A stretch of 64,000 nt of DNA from Clostridiaceae bacterium BRH_c20a (GCA_000961765.1 LADT01000047.1:16172-80171), one strand, 5' to 3'; counted from the first letter of the stretch, positions 25,168 through 36,234 are shown. Numbers and translations are program-made. Notes: generated by a model not told the origin, from the letters alone.

Positions 25168-26181
25168 ATGCAGTATCGGGAACTTGGGAAAACTGGAATA
25201 AAAGTATCGGTAGTAGGATTTGGAGCTTTGCCAATTCAGCGCATAGATGAAAAAATAGCTGTAGAAGTATTACATAAAGCCTTTGATCTGGGAATGAATT
25301 TTTTAGATACGGGTTTTAGGTATTCAGATAGTGAGTATAAAGTTGGTTTAGCCCTTAAGGGGCGAAGGGAAGGAATTACGGTTGCAACCAAATCCCCTGC
25401 CCGAGATAAAAAGGGGATGGCTGAGCATATTCAAATTAGTCTAAAACGATTAGGGACTGACTACATTGATCTATATCAATTACATAACGTAAAGGATATG
25501 GAGAATCTAGATAAGGTATTGGCACCAGGTGGTGCTTTAGAAGCTCTAAAGGATGCGCAAAAAGAAGGCTTAATAAAACATATCGGCATTTCTAGTCACC
25601 GTAAAGAGACTTTATTTGTGGCAATGAAGCAAGGATTCGTGGACACTATTCAAGTCCCCTTTAATGCTGTAGAAACTGATGAGATAGAGGAACTGCTTGA
25701 CTTGGCTGAGGAGACAAATACCGGTGTAATTGTAATGAAGCCTTTAGCAGGCGGAGCTTTTAATAATCCCACCGCTGCTCTTAAATTTATTCTTAAGCAC
25801 AGGATTAGTATTGTCATTCCAGGAATGGATTCCCTTGAACAAGTTATAGCAAATGCCCAGGTAGGTACAATGGAAACTACCCTAACAGAAGAAGAACAGA
25901 AGAGTCTTGATATAGATACTGCACAGTTGGGGGCAGGCTTCTGCCGACGGTGTGAATACTGTCTGCCCTGTCCTATGGAAATTAATATTCCTCAAATTTT
26001 CATCTGGGAAAGTTATGTTGACCGTTATAACCTACCGGAATTCGCCCGTTTACGTTATCAAAGCAGTTCTAAAGGGGTGGATAACTGTATAGATTGTGGT
26101 AAATGTGAATCTAAATGTCCTTACGAGCTGCCCATTAGGAAAATGCTAGCCAGGGCTGGGGAGAAGCTTTCGCAAAAATAG
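25168..26181 (+). CDS. Aldo/keto reductase with C-terminal 4Fe-4S dicluster
   Basis: LGKTGIKVS.VGFG, DTGFRY, YIDLYQLHN, IGISSH; CRRCEYCLPCP and CIDCGKCESKCP. Confidence 0.9.
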   Translation: MQYRELGKTGIKVSVVGFGALPIQRIDEKIAVEVLHKAFDLGMNFLDTGFRYSDSEYKVGLALKGRREGITVATKSPARDKKGMAEHIQISLKRLGTDYIDLYQLHNVKDMENLDKVLAPGGALEALKDAQKEGLIKHIGISSHRKETLFVAMKQGFVDTIQVPFNAVETDEIEELLDLAEETNTGVIVMKPLAGGAFNNPTAALKFILKHRISIVIPGMDSLEQVIANAQVGTMETTLTEEEQKSLDIDTAQLGAGFCRRCEYCLPCPMEINIPQIFIWESYVDRYNLPEFARLRYQSSSKGVDNCIDCGKCESKCPYELPIRKMLARAGEKLSQK

Positions 26182-26204
26182 TTTATTTTTTTGGGAGTGA
26201 TATT

Positions 26205-26480
26205 TTGGAAATTGTTGTCTTAGGTTTCCTCATAATTCCAAATTTATTCAGCTTTATCGTAGTTGGCTATGACAAATATCAAGCAAAAAATAGGGGCTGG
26301 CGGGTGCCGGAAAGAAGTCTTTTCTTAATGGCCGCGGCAGGTGGAGCTATAGGTGTTTATTTGGGAATGGGAGCTTTTCGTCACAAAACAAAGCATGGGA
26401 AATTTTATTATGGTATACCGATATTAATAATTGTAAACCTATTAATTTATTTCCTTTTATTCAATAAGTTTATGTTGTAG
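26205..26480 (+). CDS. DUF1294 family small membrane protein
   Basis: YDKYQAK...WRVPE..L, GG..G..LGM..FRHKTKH.KF. Confidence 0.88.
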   Translation: MEIVVLGFLIIPNLFSFIVVGYDKYQAKNRGWRVPERSLFLMAAAGGAIGVYLGMGAFRHKTKHGKFYYGIPILIIVNLLIYFLLFNKFML

Positions 26481-26506
26481 TTAGATAAAATTTTAAGTTA
26501 ATTGAG

Positions 26507-26538
26507 AAGCCCAGGGAATTATTTTTTCCTTGGGCTTT
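26507..26538 (+). terminator. Intrinsic terminator
   Basis: AAGCCCAGGGAA-N7-TTCCTTGGGCTTT. Confidence 0.65.
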
Positions 26539-26669
26539 ATAAATTTTTAATAGGTTATGTGGAGGTAGAATGAAACTTTTATAAATAAAAAAAGTCTTAT
26601 ATTTAGAAAGATAAATTTGAGCAGACTATTTACTAAAAGAGGGAAATTTGCAGAAAGGAGTGAAAGTTT

Positions 26670-27476
26670 ATGAGAAAAATTTTAGCTGCCATAGGAATAT
26701 TATATTTATTATTCTTCATTTCTGGCTGTTCCACAGAGAAGGCTGTTGCAAATATGGATAATCAGGCTTACGGAGATAAGAAAATAGTTTGGCAAAAGTT
26801 AGAAGAGGATATATATGGTAGCGGAAAAAGAGAGAAAATTGTATTTTATGTTTATGAAACTGCTGAGGGCATGCCGCTAATTTGGTCTTTAGAGGTTAAT
26901 GGTGAGGAAGTAATTAAGCTTAATCATGATGATGGTTTCTTTAGCCAATCCCAGATAAAATTTGACGACATTGATGGTGACAATAAGCCGGAAGCATTGC
27001 TATATAGATATTCTACCGGTTCTGCGGGGGCTCAGTGCTTAAATATATATAAGATTTCCCCGGAAAACTGGTTCTTAATATTTTCAGAGGATAAGCTAAA
27101 TGATTACACTGAATCCGATAATGGTCGATTTAATGTAGAATATCTAGGGGATTATCAGGTGAGTTTTTCTGATAATCAAACAGGGCTCAAAGTAAATATT
27201 CCTCTAGAAAAAGAGCTGTATAAAGGGATTGAGAACATGTTAGAGGGTATTTCGACCTGGGTAGATCCTGTTAGTGAATTTGAGGCTAAAGATATAGATG
27301 GAAATAAGAAAAAGGAGATTATTACTAGACAAAGGGTCATAGGGGTAGCCCATGTGGATACTATCGCACTTTTTGAAACGATATATAAATTGACAGAAGG
27401 CCAATATAAGCCGATAAGAGCGATGCTCTTAGATATTAAGGGAAATATCTTAGGTGAAATTGAGATAAGCAAATAG
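26670..27476 (+). CDS. Lipoprotein, unknown function
   Basis: Lipobox ISGC after a hydrophobic stretch; two DIDGD/DIDGN..(E) FG-GAP/EF-like loops. Confidence 0.7.
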   Translation: MRKILAAIGILYLLFFISGCSTEKAVANMDNQAYGDKKIVWQKLEEDIYGSGKREKIVFYVYETAEGMPLIWSLEVNGEEVIKLNHDDGFFSQSQIKFDDIDGDNKPEALLYRYSTGSAGAQCLNIYKISPENWFLIFSEDKLNDYTESDNGRFNVEYLGDYQVSFSDNQTGLKVNIPLEKELYKGIENMLEGISTWVDPVSEFEAKDIDGNKKKEIITRQRVIGVAHVDTIALFETIYKLTEGQYKPIRAMLLDIKGNILGEIEISK

Positions 27477-27496
27477 TAGTAAAAACATTATTGCTA

Positions 27497-27576
27497 TGTC
27501 ATCCTGAGGAAGGTACGACCGAAAGATCTAAAAATTCTTCACTACGTAAGATCCATCGCTAACGTTCAGGATGACA
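27497..27576. repeat. TGTCATCCTGAG-family hairpin element (copy 2)
   Basis: TGTCATCCTGAGGAAGGTACGACCGAAAGATCT...TACGTAAGATCC...TTCAGGATGACA, near-identical to 3229-3306. Confidence 0.8.
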
Positions 27577-27774
27577 ACTCATTGTTAGACTTTTTCATTG
27601 GTGTAATTCTTTCGTAGGAAGATTTTTTCCTGTGTGAGGAAATAAGTATAGGTACAATGAAGTCAATCTGATATAATGTATAATAATTTAGGCATGAGAC
27701 GAGATAAGGCACCATTTTTGGAGGCTTCAGAGGCTTCAATTGAAAAGCTATTTTAAAAAAAGTAGGGCTAAATT

Positions 27775-29925
27775 ATGGATTGTATAAGTGGAATAGTAGA
27801 AAGAATTACATATGTAAATGAAGAAAATGGTTTTAGTGTCATCAAAATTAAGTCCAAGGGCTTTTCTGAGTTGGTTACGGTGGTAGGCAATATGTCAATA
27901 ATCAATGTAGGATCAGTTCTCAACTTAAAAGGTGAGTGGAAGCAGGATAGTAAATATGGCAAGCAATTTAGTGCCCAAGAGTGTATAGAAGCTATACCTG
28001 CTACAGTGGCCGGGATCGAAAAATACCTAGGAAGCGGTTTAATCAAAGGTATTGGACCTGTTTATGCTAAAAAAATAGTAAAAAAGTTTAAAGAAGAAAC
28101 TATTGATATTATTGAGGAAGAAACGGATCGATTAATTGAAGTAGACGGAATTGGTCACAAAAGAATCGCAATGATTAAAAAAGCATGGCAAGAACAAAAG
28201 GAAATAAAAAATGTTATGCTTTTTTTGCAAGGACATGGTGTTTCCACTGCCTTCGCTGTTAAAATTTATAAGACCTATGGTAATGACAGCATAAAGCTAG
28301 TTCAGGAAAATCCTTTTCGCCTTGCTGATGATATCTGGGGTATAGGTTTTAAAACTGCTGATCAAATCGCACGGAAATTAGGCTTTGCCCCTGATTCCTA
28401 TGAGCGGTGTCGAGCAGGAATAATCTACATATTAAATCAAATTGCTAACGATGGCCATTGTTATGCCACTAAGGAAGAATTAGTTAAGCTCGGACAAGAA
28501 ATATTAGAGGTTTCTGAGGAAAAACTGATTGAAGTTTTAGCTAGAATGGTCATGGATAAATCGGTAATTTTTGAGAGGGAAAATGCTTACTATCTTCCGC
28601 CTTTTTATTATAGTGAAATTGGTGTAGCGGAAAAAATTAAAGAACTAACCAGACAGAATACCAAATTTAAATCCCTTCCGTTAGCTAGGATTGTCGAGGA
28701 AATACAAAAAGAAAACAATATCCAGTATGATATAGTGCAAAAGGAAGCAATTGAAAAAGCTGTTTCCTCCAAGTTCATGGTCTTGACGGGAGGCCCGGGG
28801 ACAGGGAAAACTACAACAACTTTGGCTATCATTAAAGTTTTTGAAAAAATGTACGCCCAGGTAGTTTTAGCTGCTCCAACAGGTAGGGCTGCGAAAAGGA
28901 TGTCGGAAGCCACAGGAATGGAAGCTAAAACCATCCACCGCTTGCTAGAAGTAAAACCCCCTAATGGTTTTCAAAAAAATAGCGATAATCCTTTAGAATG
29001 TGATGTATTAATTATTGATGAAACCTCAATGGTGGATATTATTTTGATGTATAACTTGCTTAAAGCGGTACCGCTGGATTGTGTTGTCATTTTTGTGGGT
29101 GATGTTGACCAACTCCCTTCTGTGGGTCCAGGTAATGTCCTGCGAGATATTATTGATTCAGCAGTGGTTAATGTTGTCAACCTAACTAGAATCTTCCGAC
29201 AAGCTCAGGGCAGCAGGATTATTACAAATGCCCATAAAATTAATAAAGGTGAATTTCCGGAATTAAAAAGTGATAAAAATAGTGACTTCTTTTTCATGGA
29301 AGCCAATGACCTGCCTAAAATAGTAGAGCAAATTAAATCCCTTTGTACCGTGCGGCTGCCGGGTTATTACAGCGTTGATCCTATAAATGACATCCAGGTT
29401 ATTACGCCTATGCAAAGGGGAGAGGTAGGCGCCCGCAATTTAAATGTGGTTTTACAGGAAACACTTAATCACAGTACTACCTTTATTTATAATGGAGGAG
29501 TAAAATATAAGCTGAATGATAAGGTTATGCAGATTAAAAATAATTATGATAAAAATGTCTTCAACGGTGACATTGGCCGGATTACCCATATTGATTTGGA
29601 AGATAAACAGGTAAAAATAAAGTTTGATGGGTTGGAAATAGAGTATGATGCAAATGAGCTTGATGAGGTAGTATTAGCTTATGCTACTACTGTTCACAAA
29701 AGTCAGGGCTCTGAATATAAAATAGTAGTGGCTCCCATAGTTACTCAGCACTACATGATGCTGCAGAGAAATTTACTTTACACTTGTGTAACTAGAGCTA
29801 AACATATTTTTGTCTTGATCGGATCAAAAAAAGCTTTAGCTATGGCAGTGAAAAATAATAAGGTGACTGAACGCAATACTATGCTGAAAGAGAGACTTAG
29901 TAAACAGATAGTGACTGGTGGCTAG
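27775..29925 (+). CDS. recD2: ATP-dependent RecD-like DNA helicase (RecD2)
   Basis: LGSGLIKGIGP HhH region, GGPGTGKTT, APTGRAAKR, TIHRLL, DETSM, GDVDQLPSVGPG, AYATTVHKSQGSE. Confidence 0.93.
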   Translation: MDCISGIVERITYVNEENGFSVIKIKSKGFSELVTVVGNMSIINVGSVLNLKGEWKQDSKYGKQFSAQECIEAIPATVAGIEKYLGSGLIKGIGPVYAKKIVKKFKEETIDIIEEETDRLIEVDGIGHKRIAMIKKAWQEQKEIKNVMLFLQGHGVSTAFAVKIYKTYGNDSIKLVQENPFRLADDIWGIGFKTADQIARKLGFAPDSYERCRAGIIYILNQIANDGHCYATKEELVKLGQEILEVSEEKLIEVLARMVMDKSVIFERENAYYLPPFYYSEIGVAEKIKELTRQNTKFKSLPLARIVEEIQKENNIQYDIVQKEAIEKAVSSKFMVLTGGPGTGKTTTTLAIIKVFEKMYAQVVLAAPTGRAAKRMSEATGMEAKTIHRLLEVKPPNGFQKNSDNPLECDVLIIDETSMVDIILMYNLLKAVPLDCVVIFVGDVDQLPSVGPGNVLRDIIDSAVVNVVNLTRIFRQAQGSRIITNAHKINKGEFPELKSDKNSDFFFMEANDLPKIVEQIKSLCTVRLPGYYSVDPINDIQVITPMQRGEVGARNLNVVLQETLNHSTTFIYNGGVKYKLNDKVMQIKNNYDKNVFNGDIGRITHIDLEDKQVKIKFDGLEIEYDANELDEVVLAYATTVHKSQGSEYKIVVAPIVTQHYMMLQRNLLYTCVTRAKHIFVLIGSKKALAMAVKNNKVTERNTMLKERLSKQIVTGG

Positions 29926-30212
29926 TGACTGGTGACTAGTTGACTAGGAAAGCGTGTGATCATGAATGTCTAGCTTCTTTGACGTGCCACAGTGTCATTG
30001 TGTCACCGATTTATTGGCATCTGCTCAAAGGTCTAGCTTAAGGGATGCATCAAAAATATTGGCATTCATCTGATGCATCATGCAGTATAACTTACTATAG
30101 ATGCATCCCAGAAAACTGTCATTCTTCGGATGTGATCTATCAGGATACTCTTCCACTGTTACACTTATATGTCTCGCCCACTTTTTGACTATTTTTGAAA
30201 AGAGGAATGTTT

Positions 30213-30824
30213 ATGGAAGTTTGGTTAAAAGGGTTTTTTATAGGTTTATCAATTGCTGCTCCGGTGGGGCCTATAGGGGTACTGTGTATAAGAAGGACTT
30301 TATCAAGGGGACGGCTTTTCGGTTTTGTAACCGGACTTGGTGCGGCTCTTACAGACTTTATTTATGCATTTATTGGTGGCTTTGGATTGACTGTAATTTC
30401 TGGCTTTTTGGTTGAAAAACAGGATATTTTCCGCTTCATTGGGGGCTTATTTATCATTTATCTAGGATATAGAATATTTATTTCCCAACCAGCGGGGGAT
30501 AATATTTCTTTAGTAGAAAAAAACCTGCTGGGTGTTTTTGCCTCTTCATTTGTTGTTGCTATTACCAATCCTATTGCACTGATTTACTATATAGCTGTTT
30601 TTGCCGGGTTAGGAGTAGTAGTACTTGAAAATAATTATTACAGTGCATCTCTTCTGGTAGCTGGTGTTTTTATGGGCTCGACTTTATGGTGGTTTCTGTT
30701 GAGTCAGGTCGTGGGCTTAATTAAAAACAGGGTTACCAGCCGGGGATTACAGTTCGTAAATCGGATATCTGGTACGGCCATTGCAGGATTTGGTATATTT
30801 GCGGTTTGGTCTAGTTTGTATTGA
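30213..30824 (+). CDS. LysE/RhtB family translocator
   Basis: GLSIAAPVGPIGVLCIRRTL..G...G..TGLGAA, TNP; ATG 30213 has AGAGG RBS. Confidence 0.88.
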   Translation: MEVWLKGFFIGLSIAAPVGPIGVLCIRRTLSRGRLFGFVTGLGAALTDFIYAFIGGFGLTVISGFLVEKQDIFRFIGGLFIIYLGYRIFISQPAGDNISLVEKNLLGVFASSFVVAITNPIALIYYIAVFAGLGVVVLENNYYSASLLVAGVFMGSTLWWFLLSQVVGLIKNRVTSRGLQFVNRISGTAIAGFGIFAVWSSLY

Positions 30825-30894
30825 GTCTCAATGTTAAAATTAGGAAAGGAAAAACAAATTCTTAATTAATAATATTTTAATGGGGAGGTTTTGT

Positions 30895-31323
30895 ATGGAT
30901 AGCTTTTTTAAAGAATCCAATAGTTTTGCTGTTTTAGGTTTATCCCGTGACCCCAAAAGCTTCAGCAGAAAAGCTTATGATTTTCTCAAGAAGGAGGGAT
31001 ATGACTTAGTTCCTATTAACCCTCATGTCACTAATATTGGTGGAGAAAAATGTTACACATCTTTATCCGAAATTAATCAGACCCAAGCTGCAATATTTTT
31101 TACCAGTCCAGAAGCAAGTAGGAAACTGATTCCATTGTGTAAAGAAAAGGGAATTAATAATTTACTATTTCAATTTGGTTCGACCACAAAAGAAGATTTG
31201 AAGGAAGCTAAGGCCCTGGGTTTAAATGCAAGATATGCCTGTGTCTTTCTATATCATCCACATGCGGGTTTTCCCCATAATGTACACCATCATCTGCATA
31301 ATTTTTTAAATAAAGATAAATAA
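30895..31323 (+). CDS. CoA-binding domain protein
   Basis: FAVLGLS.DP.....K.Y..L...GY..VPINP; ATG 30895 with GGGGAGG RBS. Confidence 0.82.
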   Translation: MDSFFKESNSFAVLGLSRDPKSFSRKAYDFLKKEGYDLVPINPHVTNIGGEKCYTSLSEINQTQAAIFFTSPEASRKLIPLCKEKGINNLLFQFGSTTKEDLKEAKALGLNARYACVFLYHPHAGFPHNVHHHLHNFLNKDK

Positions 31324-31348
31324 ACCGGGGTAGGCTGGTTTATTGTCT

Positions 31349-31807
31349 TTATTTATATAATCCTTTCTCTAGCTCCTGCACTTTGCTAGAAAACCATGAG
31401 GTATGTAAATCCTCATCAATTAAATTGGACCATAGGAGGGTGAAAAGGTCATCCTCTTTTATTTTCATAATTAAATTTTTGTAATCATCCATCGCCTTTT
31501 TCTCAAGCATAATATTTACTTTAAGCATGGTTATTAACCCCGTCCTTGCAACTAGATTGCCGCTCATTTTACCTAAGATAGGTGCTATTACATCACCTAG
31601 TGAGGTCGGAGTTTTTCCTAAGGACTTTATTTTATCGGCAATATTATCAACATGCTGCTGCTCAATATATGAAGCCCGCTCCAGCACTTTACTAATATAA
31701 TAATCCATATTTTTAATTTGTTTACTCTGAGCCATGTATAGGTCGGCCTGACTTAGCTCTAAGCTATAGAACCAATTTAGCTTGCTTACAAGCTCATCGT
31801 TAGTCAT
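31349..31807 (-). CDS. Ferritin-like (di-iron four-helix) protein
   Basis: LNWFYSLE..Q..LY, EQQH, EKKAM.DY, DEDLH; paralogue of 23121-23570. Confidence 0.75.
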   Translation of the reverse strand: MTNDELVSKLNWFYSLELSQADLYMAQSKQIKNMDYYISKVLERASYIEQQHVDNIADKIKSLGKTPTSLGDVIAPILGKMSGNLVARTGLITMLKVNIMLEKKAMDDYKNLIMKIKEDDLFTLLWSNLIDEDLHTSWFSSKVQELEKGLYK

Positions 31808-32010
31808 AAAATATAACTCCTTCTTAAAAGCCTCATTATTACTTTGTGTAATTATCGATTTAATTATTTATGTTTTCTGATTTGAAAGGAGCTTTCAAAA
31901 GGTTTTTGTATGAATGAACAAAAATAGTATACAAAAAAATGTTGTTTTCTCTAAAGGGAATTTATTATACTTTTTAGAAATATTATTTATATATAATTAT
32001 AAGATAGAAG

Positions 32011-32214
32011 GTGACACTAATGTTTGGATTTTTACCTAACCTAGGTTTTCAAGAGCTTGTATTAATCTTAGTGTTAGCTCTGATTATTTTTGGCCCCGGT
32101 AAGCTTCCGGAAGTAGGCCGGGCTGTGGGTAAATCTATAAAAGAGTTCAAGTCTGCTACCAAAAATGTGAAAGAAGAGATTGATGAAGCTGTAAATGGTA
32201 AAGAGAAGGCTTAA
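32011..32214 (+). CDS. tatA: Twin-arginine translocase subunit TatA
   Basis: [35 protein letters not shown]. Confidence 0.93.
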   Translation: MTLMFGFLPNLGFQELVLILVLALIIFGPGKLPEVGRAVGKSIKEFKSATKNVKEEIDEAVNGKEKA

Positions 32215-32404
32215 TGGTTTAAACTAGTATATTTTACGGGTTTTTTTCCCGTTCTATTACTGGTATAATACTGATAATACGTAATTGAGGATGCTACACT
32301 AACTTGCAATGACTTAGTTATTCTGTCGTTATGAGTAGAATGTAGCTTTTTCGTTATTGCATTCCTCCGAAGTACTGTTATCTAACTGTAAAGGGGAGGT
32401 TTTT

Positions 32405-34420
32405 TTGTCTAATAAAAATGTGCAGATTTTTCAAAATATCTGCCCTCATAATTGCTATAGCAGCTGTGGAATCAGGACTTATGTGAATAATGGCGCAATA
32501 GTTGATATTGAGGGTGATCCTAATCATCCTTTTACCCAGGGAAGGCTCTGCAGCAAAGGATATACTTTATTAAAAAAGAGTTATAACCCGGAAAGAATCT
32601 TAAATCCTATGATTAGAGCGAAAAAAGGCTCAAATCAATGGCGGAATATTAGCTGGAAAAAGGCTATTGATCTTATTGTAAATAAAATCTTGGAAATTAA
32701 AGAAAGCGGTCAATCTACTGAATCAATTTTTTTTGATATGCGAACTGGTAATATAGGAATGTTACAGCAAGCATTAGCAAATTTATTTAATTCTCTCGGA
32801 CCCATAACTAAAGTGGGAAACGGATTATGTGACCCTGCTGGAGCAGATGCTCATTTTTATACTTTTGGTGAAGTTCGTAATGCCGACCCTAGTGATATGC
32901 TAAACTCCCAATATATCATAATTTGGGGCGGGAATCCTGCAGCTACATCTATACATCAAATGACTTTAATTAAACAAATTAAGCAAAATGGCGGAAAGAT
33001 AGTTGTTATTGATCCTATCCAGACAGCAACAGCAGCGTATGCTGATACACATATTAAAATAAAACCAGGAACTGATGGTGCTTTAGCCCTTGGCATGATT
33101 AAGTATATTTATGACCATGACTTATGGGATCGAGAGTTTGTAACAAATCATGTATTGGGGTGGGAGGAATTTCTTCATTATTTTGAAACGGAAGTCTCCC
33201 TTGAGTGGTCTTCTAAAACATGTGGTGTGAGCATTGAACAGATTAGCATGCTTGCTAGAGAGTATTGTACTAAAAAGCCCTCAGCAATTTGGCAAGGGTT
33301 AGGTGGGCAAAGGCATATAAATGGTGGCCAGAATTATCGAATAATCAATTCTTTGGCTGCTATAACAGGTAATATTACTGTTATAGGTGGGGGAATTTAT
33401 TACATTGATTTTAGAAGTTATAATCTTTTAAACAATGCCTTTAAACATGTAAATTTAAATCATACCGATAGATGTATAAATATAAATAACTTAAATGGGC
33501 TTATGGGAATACCTATTAAATTAGCTTTTATAACTTCCAGCAATCCTATGGCTCAATATCCAAATATAAATATGATAAAAAAATTTTTTGATAATGTGGA
33601 GTTTACTGTTACCGTAGACCATTTTTTTACCGAAACAGCTAAATTTTCAGACCTGATTTTACCGGTGGCTACATTTTTTGAAAAGCCTGATTTTTTAGCC
33701 AGCTACTGGCATAAATATATTGGTTACAGTAAGCAAGCTATAAAACCCTTAGGGGAAAGTAAAAATGAGTTTGAAATAGCCAGGCTTTTGGCTATAGAGC
33801 TAAATGAATTAGGTATAACTGAACCCTTAAAATACTTGCCTGATTTAAATGCAGATGATTTTTTAGCCCGTCATTTAAAACCATTGCTGGCTCGATTATC
33901 TGAGGTAGATTATTCGGATATTATAAAAGGTGGGTATTACAAATTAACTGGTATTAATACCACATGGGAGGATAAGAAATTCAAAACCCCTAGTGGAAAA
34001 ATTGTATTGCCCAGTAACCCCATATATTTACCAGAAAGAAAACCAAAAAATAATTATCCCTATAGGTTGATTGCTACCCATTCAGAGGTATCATTGAATT
34101 CTCAGTTTTCCAATATTGATGTAATACAAAATATAGCTGAAAGTCCAAAAGTTTTTATTAATAATAAATTGGCACTCTACTTGAAACTCAAAAATAGTGA
34201 TAAAGTTAGGCTCTATAACAATTGTGGTGAGGTTATAATGAAGCTTGAAATCAGTGATAGTGTTCCAGAAGAAGTCATTATGTGCTATCAGAGTAATCAA
34301 AAGGACAATTTCTCGATCAATTGTCTTGTTGAACCATTATTAACAGACCTAGGAGAGGGCTCACGAGGGTTTAAGGGTGTTGCTTACCATGATACCTTTG
34401 TTAATATTAGTAAAGCATAA
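32405..34420 (+). CDS. Cytoplasmic molybdopterin (Mo/W-bisPGD) oxidoreductase, no Tat signal
   Basis: CPHNCYSSC...GRLCSKG FS0 motif, GLCDPAG (candidate Cys ligand), WGGNPA, VIDP, PGTDGALA, TPSGK; TTG 32405 after GGGGAGG RBS. Confidence 0.85.
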   Translation: MSNKNVQIFQNICPHNCYSSCGIRTYVNNGAIVDIEGDPNHPFTQGRLCSKGYTLLKKSYNPERILNPMIRAKKGSNQWRNISWKKAIDLIVNKILEIKESGQSTESIFFDMRTGNIGMLQQALANLFNSLGPITKVGNGLCDPAGADAHFYTFGEVRNADPSDMLNSQYIIIWGGNPAATSIHQMTLIKQIKQNGGKIVVIDPIQTATAAYADTHIKIKPGTDGALALGMIKYIYDHDLWDREFVTNHVLGWEEFLHYFETEVSLEWSSKTCGVSIEQISMLAREYCTKKPSAIWQGLGGQRHINGGQNYRIINSLAAITGNITVIGGGIYYIDFRSYNLLNNAFKHVNLNHTDRCININNLNGLMGIPIKLAFITSSNPMAQYPNINMIKKFFDNVEFTVTVDHFFTETAKFSDLILPVATFFEKPDFLASYWHKYIGYSKQAIKPLGESKNEFEIARLLAIELNELGITEPLKYLPDLNADDFLARHLKPLLARLSEVDYSDIIKGGYYKLTGINTTWEDKKFKTPSGKIVLPSNPIYLPERKPKNNYPYRLIATHSEVSLNSQFSNIDVIQNIAESPKVFINNKLALYLKLKNSDKVRLYNNCGEVIMKLEISDSVPEEVIMCYQSNQKDNFSINCLVEPLLTDLGEGSRGFKGVAYHDTFVNISKA

Positions 34421-34426
34421 AAAAGG

Positions 34427-34978
34427 ATGATGATTATGAGCTATGGGTTTTTGTTTGATATCGAAAAATGTATCGGGTGTCAGGCATGTGCTACGGCATG
34501 TGCTAAAAAGAATAATTTTTTTTACGGATTTAGAAAGATTGAAAAGCACGAATTGAAATATAAGGGTAAGAATGTGATTTTCTTTTTTTCAACTTCTTGT
34601 AATCATTGCGAAAATCCAGAATGCTTAAGAAGATGCCCGGAGAAATTATATTTTAAAAGGCGGGATGGCATCGTGATTCAACAGCTGGGAGGGTGTCGTG
34701 GGTGTTTGACTTGTATGGAATCTTGTCCTTATGATGCTCCAAAATATAACCATCAGATAGGTAAAGTTAATAAATGCAATTTATGTGTCAATAATTTTAA
34801 TGATGCTTTAAAACCCAAGTGTGTTAATGCCTGTCCTACTAGTGCTTTGCAACTGATAAATGAAAACTATTTTAGACAATCTTATGAATTTAACTATCTA
34901 GAAATCGAAACTATAGGCAAATCTCATATCACTCAGCCTTCTATTAAAATCATTGTTCCTGAAAAGTTGGGAGGATAA
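34427..34978 (+). CDS. 4Fe-4S dicluster electron-transfer subunit (DmsB/HybA-like)
   Basis: CIGCQACATAC, CNHCENPECLRRCP, CRGCLTCMESCP, KCNLC...CVNACP. Confidence 0.88.
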   Translation: MMIMSYGFLFDIEKCIGCQACATACAKKNNFFYGFRKIEKHELKYKGKNVIFFFSTSCNHCENPECLRRCPEKLYFKRRDGIVIQQLGGCRGCLTCMESCPYDAPKYNHQIGKVNKCNLCVNNFNDALKPKCVNACPTSALQLINENYFRQSYEFNYLEIETIGKSHITQPSIKIIVPEKLGG

Positions 34979-34979
34979 T

Positions 34980-36182
34980 ATGGATTACAATGCATTCCAG
35001 GCTTTGAAAGATGAATTATTAGAAGGTGTTTTACAGGAAGATAGTTTATCTTTTGTAGCTCTAAAACTAGCACAAGTACTAGAAAAAAGTATATATATAT
35101 GTGATTTTCTGGGTAGAGTACTAGTTGGTCAGATATCTGAAGATAAGTATGCTTTAATCCATTCAAATATTGAATTACCAATGACTTCATGTCAAAAATA
35201 TTATGAAGTAGAAACACAAAGATTATTTTTTGCAATTGGTAAAGAACAAATAGTTGCATATATAGTTGTAAAACAGGTTCAGGAGGAGGAAATTGAACAA
35301 ATCTTACCTATCCTAGCAGCTGCAGATTTAAGTCTCTGTTTTTATTTTTCTAAATTAAATGCAATAAAAGATATTGAAAACAAATATAAGGATTCATTTA
35401 TTCTAGACTTATTATTTAATAATATAGTTGATAATGAAGAAATTTTAGTTAAAGGAAAGCTTTGGGGTTGGGATTTTCATAAGGAGTATTTCGTAGCGAT
35501 AATAGAGCCCGATAGCTTCACTAATATAAGGATGTTTGGGGAGGAATTAGAATATCTTACCCAAAAATCAGCTAAAAAATATAGTACAGAAATGATAACA
35601 TCAATACGAAACGGAACATTTATTGTTTTGTGTCAGAAAAATAATAAACTTGGTGTTAGTATTCAAAAAGATATAGTACAAGATCTTTATAAAGCAAACA
35701 AATATATCTCTAGTAAATATGAGATAACATTTTCTATTGGTATTGGTCATTCTTATTTAGCATATAAGGAGATATATAAGAGTTATCAAGAAGCCAAGAC
35801 GGCATTGGCGATAGCTAGGTTACTAGGAGAAGAGAAGTTTATTAAGTATTTTAATGAGCTTGGCGTCTTTAAGTTACTTTATAAACAAGAAGCATATCTC
35901 CTCAAGGAATTTTACCTTGAAACCTTAGAACAAATTATCGCATTTGACCAAGCCAATAATGGAGAACTATTAACAACCTTAGAGACATTAATTTCTAACA
36001 ATATGGATTTAAAAACAACGGCAGAGATATTATTTATTCATGTTAACACTTTACGCTATCGCATCAAAAAAGTAGAGGAGATATTAAAAATAGATACTAA
36101 TAAGTTGGAGAATATCGTTAATTTATTTATAGCATTAAAGATTAGAGCCTTATTAAAGATGCGTTATAATGACATTTATTAA
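34980..36182 (+). CDS. PucR/CdaR family transcriptional regulator
   Basis: IGIG..Y......KSYQEA, LL.TLE......DL..TAE.LFIHVNTLRYRIKKVEEIL C-terminal HTH. Confidence 0.9.
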   Translation: MDYNAFQALKDELLEGVLQEDSLSFVALKLAQVLEKSIYICDFLGRVLVGQISEDKYALIHSNIELPMTSCQKYYEVETQRLFFAIGKEQIVAYIVVKQVQEEEIEQILPILAAADLSLCFYFSKLNAIKDIENKYKDSFILDLLFNNIVDNEEILVKGKLWGWDFHKEYFVAIIEPDSFTNIRMFGEELEYLTQKSAKKYSTEMITSIRNGTFIVLCQKNNKLGVSIQKDIVQDLYKANKYISSKYEITFSIGIGHSYLAYKEIYKSYQEAKTALAIARLLGEEKFIKYFNELGVFKLLYKQEAYLLKEFYLETLEQIIAFDQANNGELLTTLETLISNNMDLKTTAEILFIHVNTLRYRIKKVEEILKIDTNKLENIVNLFIALKIRALLKMRYNDIY

Positions 36183-36234
36183 GAAGTGGAGCAATGATTA
36201 TTGATTGCTGCAATAACTACTGGGGGAATAAAAA

